Source: Microcoleaceae cyanobacterium
GTDB lineage: Bacteria > Cyanobacteriota > Cyanobacteriia > Cyanobacteriales > Microcoleaceae
Direction: 5' to 3'
NCBI GenBank assembly: GCA_051652765.1
Contig: JBOFUV010000010.1
Location: 1 to 15,123 of the forward strand
DNA length: 15,123 nt
The translations under genes were made by a program, and so were the position numbers. The notes under the pieces are model-generated. The model did no database searches. It was not told where the DNA came from and saw only the letters and a list, made by a program, of their open reading frames with translations. This document shows positions 5,665 through 12,827 of the stretch, in pieces (the first letter of the stretch is position 1; each line of letters starts with the position of its first letter).

Positions 5665-5736
5665 TTTGATGAATTGTATATTCAACACAAAACGGTATCA
5701 CTACAAGAAAAAGCCAATCACCAGGGATAAAAACGC

Positions 5737-8700
5737 ATGACATCTTTGTTAGACAATGCAATATTTGGGAATGAAAGTTCCAACCTGCTAGTTGGCACCC
5801 CAGCAGCAGACACAATATTTGGAGGCCAGGGCGCGGATAATATTGTTGGAGGGGCAGCAGCAGATTTCCTCTACGGCAATACTGATGCCGATGTTCTCTA
5901 TGGATCTCAGGCCGATGACTTCCTTTTCGGTGGCCAAGCCAATGACTTAATTCTTGGGGGTCAGGGCGATGACGAGATCTCTGGCGATGACGGTAACGAT
6001 ACGATTCACGGGGATCAAGGAGCTGATCAACTCACTGGAGGTTCAGGAGCAGATACCTTTGTGGTTGCCCCTGGAACCGGAGGATCGAGCCTTTCCCAGG
6101 CTGATTTAATCCTTGACTTCGCTGTTGGGGAGGATGCGATTCAACTCACAGCAGGGTTGACCTTCGCCGATCTGGAGATTTTGACGAACGGAGAAAACAC
6201 CGTCATTCAAGATCAAACAACCGCTGAAATTTTTGTCGTTCTGCAAGGCGTTGACCAGGAGACCGTGACTGAAGACAGCTTCTTGTTTGAACGTTCGGCT
6301 TTGCCTCCTGCAGATTCTCCTGATGAACCCCCAACGGAGGAACCAGAGGAACCAGACGTTCCAGACAGTGTAGATTTTGAACCCCCAGTCCTTGACGCGA
6401 GGCTAGCGAACGATACCGGCGGAAACGGCAAGGATCTGATCACCTCCGATCCAAGGGTAATTGGCAGTTTCAGCGATAACGTTGGCATTGATCATCTGGA
6501 AGTTAGTCTGAATGGCGGCGACTTCACCACGGTCTTTCCCACTTTCAACAGTGCGGGCAACTTTATCTTGGCTCGCGGCGATCTGGAATTCCTTCAGGAA
6601 GGTCGATTAACTGACGGGGACTACACGGTGAAACTACGAGTTGTAGATACTTCTGACCTAGTGTCTGAAGTAGCAACCGTAACCTATACCTTGTCAACCC
6701 AAAGACCTCCAGTTGACCCCCCAGACACTCCCCCCGTTGATCCTCCAGAACCGACTCCTCCCCCCGAACTGCCTGATCCCGAAGTGATTCGGGATGCGCC
6801 GATTGTGGTGATTGATCCCCCCGTGCCAACGCCGCCCCCCGCCATTGGAACGGGTACAGAACGTCCTGTATTGGAAGATCCAGGTAATACAGTTGCAGAA
6901 GCCTTGGCGATCGCAGGCAGTTCCGGTACCTTGACTTACAAGGAGCAGGTGGGGGAATCTGATCCCGATGACTTCTACGATATTTCGGTGGGAGCCAGTA
7001 GCAACCTGATTCTTTCTTTAACTGGGCTGAGCCATGATGCCGATCTGTTCCTCCTGGACAGCGCGGGCAACGTGATTCAAAGTTCGGAGGGGGCTGAAAG
7101 CGCCGATGAATTGATCACGCAACCCTTGGAATTTGGCACTTATGTTGTTCAGGTGAAATCCTATGACCTAGAAACTACAAACTATGCCCTCAACATCACG
7201 CTGACTTCTAACCTGCCAGGAATTACCACTGATGCTCCAGATGGAGTAGTCGAGCTGTTCACCGCTGAATCTTCCCAATTAATTCACCTTGAACCCTATA
7301 TCGATAACGGTGGCACCTTTTTCCAGGGATTCCGCAATGATCCCCAGTTTGCGGGAATTGATGGCCGGGGCTTTTCGACCGTGATCCTTGATACTGGCAT
7401 TGACCTAGATCATCCGTTCTTCGGGTCAGATACCGATGGTAATGGCGTTGCCGACCGGATCGTCTTCAGCCACGACTTTGCCGATAATGACACTGATGCT
7501 AGCGACGTTGATAACCACGGCTCTAACGTTTCTAGTATTGTTGCCTCCCAGGATGAATTCGAGACTGGCATGGCTCCCGGCGCAAATATCATCCATTTGA
7601 AAGTATTCCCTGATGATCCCAACAGCGATGTAAACGTAAATTATGCCATTGAACAAGCCATGCAGTGGGTTGCACGCCATGCCGATGAATACAATATTGC
7701 TAGCGTCAATATGTCCCTGGGTTCCGCTAACTATGCAGAACCAGTTAACGGTTATCTGTCGGATGAACTTTTGCTCCTAAGGCTGAAGAACGTAATTGTT
7801 GTCGCTGCCGCTGGAAACGACTTCGGTAAGAATAATAGTGCTCTGGGTGTTGCTTACCCTGCCGCTGACCCCAGTGCTTTAGCAGTGAGTGCAACCTGGG
7901 ATGAGGATGTTAATACGTATATACCTAATCCTGCAATATTTGGAGCACCAATACCGTTGCCAATCCTTTTTGAGCACTCAACGGACTTTTCTACAGATGC
8001 TTATCGAATTATCAGTTTCTCCCAGCGCGATCCAAATTTAACTGACATCTTTGCACCGGGGGGTTTGATTACCGGGGCAAACGCCAATGGAGGCACAGTT
8101 GACCAATCAGGAACCAGTCAGGCTGCTCCCCACATCGCTGGAATTGCCGTTCTCGCTCAGCAACTGGCCGTTCAGGAGTTGGGTCGTCGTCTGACGTTTG
8201 ATGAATTCAGGGACGCGATGATCATCTCAGCTAATCCTGTTATCAATGACGGAGACGATGAAAACGATAGCGTCACCAATACCGGGTTGGATTATCCCTT
8301 TGTGAGTGTTCAGGGTTTGGGAGAATATATCCTTTACTTGGCGAGCATCGAGAATCCGGAACCGCCGCCACCACCGCCAATTCCGGTCACTCAGTACAAC
8401 TTCGTTTACCTTTACGATGGAGGGACGGGAACCAGTAACGAAGGTTATTCGGGTTATACCTATGCCGAGCCTGGAACCTTTACGGTAGGAAGCTTGTACG
8501 ATCCGTTCTCAGGGTTCAATGAAAGAGGCACAAATGGAGCGTACTTCATCAGGAGTGAACAGCCAGCTCCTAGCGAAGCGCTCCTGGGTCAGACATACGT
8601 CGAGCGGTACATTGCAGACTTTGCCATCGAAAACTTAGTCAATGTTAATACTGCTGTTCCTTACTACTTCAGTGTCGGCAGTCCCTCAGGGTTTAATGGG

Positions 8701-8847
8701 ATCGGCAGTGAATATGACTATGTTCAGACTGTGGATGCAGGTGGACAGCGAATCGTTTCTGATGACTTTGGGCAGGATTACTATGCTGCAAACATTTATG
8801 ATGATGAGCTAGGTGAGATAGATGGGCCTATTGGTATTATGCTTTGA
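5737..8847 (+). CDS. Multidomain Ca2+-binding S8 (subtilase) serine protease: RTX repeats, Ig-like domain, Pro-rich linkers, PPC domain, S8 domain, unknown C-terminal domain
   Basis: GGxGxD nonapeptides near the N-terminus; LANDTG...DLITSDP Ig-like repeat; DPDDFY...LSLTGLSHDADLFLLD...GTYVVQV PPC domain; triad VILDTG / NHGSNV / GTSQAAPH and oxyanion AAGN. Confidence 0.92.
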   Translation: MTSLLDNAIFGNESSNLLVGTPAADTIFGGQGADNIVGGAAADFLYGNTDADVLYGSQADDFLFGGQANDLILGGQGDDEISGDDGNDTIHGDQGADQLTGGSGADTFVVAPGTGGSSLSQADLILDFAVGEDAIQLTAGLTFADLEILTNGENTVIQDQTTAEIFVVLQGVDQETVTEDSFLFERSALPPADSPDEPPTEEPEEPDVPDSVDFEPPVLDARLANDTGGNGKDLITSDPRVIGSFSDNVGIDHLEVSLNGGDFTTVFPTFNSAGNFILARGDLEFLQEGRLTDGDYTVKLRVVDTSDLVSEVATVTYTLSTQRPPVDPPDTPPVDPPEPTPPPELPDPEVIRDAPIVVIDPPVPTPPPAIGTGTERPVLEDPGNTVAEALAIAGSSGTLTYKEQVGESDPDDFYDISVGASSNLILSLTGLSHDADLFLLDSAGNVIQSSEGAESADELITQPLEFGTYVVQVKSYDLETTNYALNITLTSNLPGITTDAPDGVVELFTAESSQLIHLEPYIDNGGTFFQGFRNDPQFAGIDGRGFSTVILDTGIDLDHPFFGSDTDGNGVADRIVFSHDFADNDTDASDVDNHGSNVSSIVASQDEFETGMAPGANIIHLKVFPDDPNSDVNVNYAIEQAMQWVARHADEYNIASVNMSLGSANYAEPVNGYLSDELLLLRLKNVIVVAAAGNDFGKNNSALGVAYPAADPSALAVSATWDEDVNTYIPNPAIFGAPIPLPILFEHSTDFSTDAYRIISFSQRDPNLTDIFAPGGLITGANANGGTVDQSGTSQAAPHIAGIAVLAQQLAVQELGRRLTFDEFRDAMIISANPVINDGDDENDSVTNTGLDYPFVSVQGLGEYILYLASIENPEPPPPPPIPVTQYNFVYLYDGGTGTSNEGYSGYTYAEPGTFTVGSLYDPFSGFNERGTNGAYFIRSEQPAPSEALLGQTYVERYIADFAIENLVNVNTAVPYYFSVGSPSGFNGIGSEYDYVQTVDAGGQRIVSDDFGQDYYAANIYDDELGEIDGPIGIML

Positions 8848-8876
8848 GTCTGAGGATTGAATGAACCCACGAAACG

Positions 8877-8927
8877 TTAATCGCAACTGTCAGACTAGTA
8901 AATTCACTTGTGTGGCAGTTGTATTAA
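8877..8927. terminator. Imperfect inverted repeat between convergent genes (possible bidirectional terminator or RNA stability hairpin)
   Basis: TTAATCGCAACTGTCAGACTAGTAAATTCACTTGTGTGGCAGTTGTATTAA: CAACTG/CAGTTG and TTAAT/ATTAA arms with several mismatches; no clear U-tract. Confidence 0.45.
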
Positions 8928-9008
8928 TAGTCAGACATCTGAGTTACAGCGGTTCTCAATTCAGTTTGGCCTGAACGGCGCGTCAGCGCACCTAAAACTG
9001 CACCCGAA

Positions 9009-10019
9009 CTAACCGTCTGCACTGAGGGGAGTAATCTCCTTGTACTCTACAAGTTTGGTCTTTTTTCCTCTGAATCGATTCCAGTGAAACTTGAACTGTC
9101 CTTGAAATAGAGGAAACTTACCCACTACGCAAGACCAGGCATATAGTAAAGCATCTTTGGATGTCAATCCTTGCATTTTGAAGCGCAGGTAAATCCGTAA
9201 AATCATCAGGGGATAAATTAGAAGTACGAGCAAACTCCAACCCTGAGTTGACCACGCCAGCCCTAAGGCTAGAATTGGCGGAGTGAGTCCCCAGAACCAA
9301 ATACTGCGACTTTCCTTAACCCAATGTTGATCCGGGCTACGTCCATGGAGCCAAGCTCCCTCTGCATAGGAGTGCCCCGTCCGAATATTGCGTTTCCACC
9401 ATTGGCTAAAGCGGTGAATGTCCGCATCATGCCAAGTCATCTCAGCATCGACTCGAAGAATTTTCCAGTCAGCTTGGCGCAATCGCACGCAGAGTTCTGG
9501 TTCTTCTCCCCCAATCAAGCTGGGGTTAAAACCGCCAACGTGTTTGAAGGCAGCAACCCGCATCATTGCGTCTCCATGACAGTATTTCACTTCTCCCAGG
9601 GGAGTATCCCATTCAATATCCGCCAAACGATTATAGACAGAGGCTTCAGGAAAGCGCTCTCGCCGTCGCCCAGAAACAACTGCACATTCAGGGTGGGTAT
9701 CTAGTTCTTGCATCCCCCGTTGAATCCAATCTGCTCTCAGTTCACAGTCCCCATCTACAAATTGGACATATTCAATTTCCGGGACGATTTCAATTAATCG
9801 GTCAAAGCCTTCGTTTCGAGCCCGAGCTGCACCAAAGGGTTTAGCAGGATCAAGCTCAACACTTTCAACGCCAAGCGATCGCGCCACCCCAACACTGCCA
9901 TCCGTAGAAGCCGAGTCAACATAGACCACACAGTCCACTTGACCCACGACAGAATTCAGGCAGCGCCGCAGGCGTTCGCCCTCATTCCGACCAATTGCAA
10001 CCAGCCCAATTTTTGCCAT
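9009..10019 (-). CDS. GT2-family glycosyltransferase (exopolysaccharide or surface glycan)
   Basis: IGRNEGERL, YVDSASTDGS, AARARNEG, FVDGDC (DxD), GGFN...EEPELC.RL, C-terminal hydrophobic helices. ATG 10019 follows GAGGAG and is preferred over TTG 10034. Confidence 0.92.
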   Translation of the reverse strand: MAKIGLVAIGRNEGERLRRCLNSVVGQVDCVVYVDSASTDGSVGVARSLGVESVELDPAKPFGAARARNEGFDRLIEIVPEIEYVQFVDGDCELRADWIQRGMQELDTHPECAVVSGRRRERFPEASVYNRLADIEWDTPLGEVKYCHGDAMMRVAAFKHVGGFNPSLIGGEEPELCVRLRQADWKILRVDAEMTWHDADIHRFSQWWKRNIRTGHSYAEGAWLHGRSPDQHWVKESRSIWFWGLTPPILALGLAWSTQGWSLLVLLIYPLMILRIYLRFKMQGLTSKDALLYAWSCVVGKFPLFQGQFKFHWNRFRGKKTKLVEYKEITPLSADG

Positions 10020-10052
10020 CTCTCCACTCCTCAAGTTTGAAGATTCAGTAGG

Positions 10053-11783
10053 TTAAGGATTTTGTTTGATAAAATCCATCAGAGCATCATACCTCGAAGA
10101 ACTTGCTTGACTAACATGTTCTAAAGCACCCCAACTACCCCATTTACTATATCGCCCAATATCTGAAAAGTGCATAAATAAAGTTCGAGTTCCACTAGAA
10201 TCTTTCCAGGCATTGAGCATTTCCATGTAACGATCATAAAATTCAGGTTGGCGATGGAGTTCGATAAAAAACTGAGTCAATTTCTCATTGTTTTTGACCT
10301 GCTTCTTGCCAACAACATGACTTCCTCCTTCGTAAATTAATAGCTCTAGTCCCTTGGCTTGAGCTACTTTAGCATAGTGATCAAAGCGTTCAACCAGACT
10401 GGCTGTCGAATCATCTTTGTCCTTCAAAACACTGTTGTCTTTGAGTTGCTTGAATGCAAGTTTGAACTCGTCTACACTCGGATCGGTTAACCAGGATTCA
10501 ACCGTTTTTTCATGTTCTAATTCTCCTAAACGACCACTAAAATAGGCCGTAATTGCGAGGGCATCAATTCCATGTTGATAACAGGGCGCTTTTTCCCACT
10601 GTTCACAATTTAAGACTTGATCAGCGACCCAGCGATTGCCCGTATGGGTGGCCATCACACACTTAACTCGCTGGCTCTCCTGGCCAAAGGCTTCCTTCCA
10701 GGCATCACACATCTGAGCCGAACGAACGCCGTAGGCTTGATGGAGGGCCTGCTGTCCTAAGGGGTGATTCTGGGCTAGCCATTGATGTTGCTTGAAAATG
10801 GGATTCCAGACTTCATTGGAATATTCAACATAAATCGTTAAGCGGGGGTCTACTAGATCTTTTGCCATCTGGGCAAAGTTCTTGATGTATTCATCGGTTG
10901 CCTGATGGGGCATATTGAACCAGGGATCAGCTTGAAGTTGATTGGCGAGGCTGGCCATCACTTCCAAGGGCACGCCCTTGTCATAGCCGTAGGATGCATC
11001 TTCAACCTTGGGGCGATCGCGCCATTCTTTTTGAGGAGAGTGGTTGGTTGCCATCCAGTCCATAAACCTGAGGGCTTTAAACGGCTTTGTTTTAGTTAGA
11101 AACTCAGGATTAAAACGCTCTTGCTGATAGGTCTGTTCATACTGGGCCGACATCACGCGAATATTACGGAGGTAATTGCCGTTGCGTTGGGGATCGGTTG
11201 CGGTAATGGTTAGCTGCATTCCTTTGCGGGAAGGAGTCACATTTAGGACATCTCGACCAGGAGCAGACTGGGCTGAATTCTTTTCCGCGTCCATGCCATA
11301 AATAATCGTGCCCTCTCCGTCATAGAGAACGACATATGACCCCCCTGGATAGGGATCTGTCCCGCGATTCAGAACAGTGGTTACTCGAGTAAATTCTGGG
11401 GCATCTTCTGGAGCAGGCAACGCCTTGACCCAACCTGATGCATCCAGATTGAGTTGATCCGATTCCTTGGTGTCCCACTTGCCCGTACATCCTGGGTCAG
11501 TTCGCCGATTGCACTGAGTAATCCAGGGACGAGCAGATTTGAAGACATCAATAAAGGGCATCTGAGTTGAGTGGTTGGCAATCCCACTCAAATTCACTCC
11601 CAGAGCCAGAGTAGGGCGGGAAGACTGGGCCAATACTGTGGGTTCAGGCTGGCCATAATTGTCTCTGCTCCAAGGGCGATACATCACAAGAGCTACAATC
11701 AAAGTCAAGCTGAAGACTAGGAGAAAACTAATAAACCGAAGTTGATTGCGAGTAAAAAAGTCCTGGAAACGAAAAAAAGCCAT
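10053..11783 (-). CDS. Membrane-anchored or secreted glycan-active protein of the family often labelled cellulose-binding protein; probable GH-A-like TIM barrel
   Basis: N-terminal hydrophobic helix; LGVNL, YVVLYDGEG, LRFMDW..TN, DPWFNMPH, YVEYSNEVWN, YEGGSH, KWGSWGALE. Confidence 0.75.
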   Translation of the reverse strand: MAFFRFQDFFTRNQLRFISFLLVFSLTLIVALVMYRPWSRDNYGQPEPTVLAQSSRPTLALGVNLSGIANHSTQMPFIDVFKSARPWITQCNRRTDPGCTGKWDTKESDQLNLDASGWVKALPAPEDAPEFTRVTTVLNRGTDPYPGGSYVVLYDGEGTIIYGMDAEKNSAQSAPGRDVLNVTPSRKGMQLTITATDPQRNGNYLRNIRVMSAQYEQTYQQERFNPEFLTKTKPFKALRFMDWMATNHSPQKEWRDRPKVEDASYGYDKGVPLEVMASLANQLQADPWFNMPHQATDEYIKNFAQMAKDLVDPRLTIYVEYSNEVWNPIFKQHQWLAQNHPLGQQALHQAYGVRSAQMCDAWKEAFGQESQRVKCVMATHTGNRWVADQVLNCEQWEKAPCYQHGIDALAITAYFSGRLGELEHEKTVESWLTDPSVDEFKLAFKQLKDNSVLKDKDDSTASLVERFDHYAKVAQAKGLELLIYEGGSHVVGKKQVKNNEKLTQFFIELHRQPEFYDRYMEMLNAWKDSSGTRTLFMHFSDIGRYSKWGSWGALEHVSQASSSRYDALMDFIKQNP

Positions 11784-12727
11784 CGCTTACACAGTTCTAT
11801 AAGGTGATCTATCAGGTTACAGACTTCGAAAAAGCCAATCGCTCCCTGGCCATCCCAAACTTCGGTGCAAAAATCCTATCAATAACACCTAAATGACACC
11901 CTATAAAGATTGCGATTCCATGTTCAAAATGTCCAAGAAGGTTGCAGGGTGTTGGCTTATTTAACTGTAGCCCATTTCAAACTGAAGTGGTAGTTGGCAT
12001 TCATTTGTAACTTTAGCTAGGCTAGTACAGTCAAGAACAATATTGTGTGAAATGATTGTATGATTCATCTCTTTTTCAAGGAAGAGTGAGTTTTATATAG
12101 GTCTGCATAGGGTTAGTGCAGTGTCAGCTTTAGAATTCATTTTTCTCCCATTGTCGGCAGCAAAATAATTTAGGGGGATCGGGATTTAAGGGAATCGGTA
12201 AGTGCTTAAAATCACAGCCGACCCCTGTTCAAATATCCTTTAATTATTATCGTACTTGTCCTAAGGTGATCTGGATGGCAAACCCACTTTTTTTGAGACT
12301 GCTAAGTTGCTGAATTAGGTTGTGTGGAAGCCTCTTGTCAAAACTAGGTCAAATCAGTTTCCAGGGAGAGCATGGAGGACTTACAAGCGTCCTATGGAGA
12401 TTTAGGATATTCTGACTTTCTTGGAGAAAAAGTTGTACATATAAGAAGGATTTTAGGGAAGGATAGAATATGTCTCTTGCAAAATCTTTACAAGAATCTT
12501 ACATGAACTCGACCAAGTTTTACATTAAACCCTGTGTTCTTAACAGGTGTCAGAGTTAAACTAGAAGCGAAGGGCATCTAAACATGGGAACTCTTCTAGA
12601 GTTTGATTGAGATTATGTAATTCTACCCATGATGATTATTATTTATCAAATACTGGACAACCTACAGACCAACATCGTCAGTGTTGTAAAGTTTGAGCCA
12701 GATATAAAAGTACAACTCCCTAAGAGC

Positions 12728-12761
12728 CTTTACCTTTGCTTTACCTAAGGTTGGGTACATT
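12728..12761 (+). promoter_or_regulatory. OmpR/PhoB-type direct repeat next to a possible -10 box
   Basis: CTTTACCT-TTG-CTTTACCT (12728-12746, 11-bp period), then 9 nt and TACATT (12756-12761), upstream of ATG 12828. Confidence 0.45.
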
Positions 12762-12827
12762 TTTTGGCCTAATAGGCTGGTTGTAATGAAATGTTCTGAA
12801 TTTAACAGTTAATCCTAAGGATCTGAG

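Noticed and set aside
5506..5730. 74-aa ORF as an intact gene
   Set aside because: It is a chimera of a Phd fragment, a G-rich repeat half and intergenic sequence; the TTG start has no support.
12276..12330. GGCAAAACCCAC...GAGACTGCTAAG as a c-di-GMP-I riboswitch
   Set aside because: Superficial similarity only: no GNRA-capped stem and no convincing second stem. An Rfam cmscan would settle it.
12487..12525. TTTACAA / CTTACAT / TTTACAT as an HLR1 (RpaB) site
   Set aside because: Spacing (11 and 21 bp) does not fit the 10-bp HLR1 period I recall, and such words are common in AT-rich DNA.
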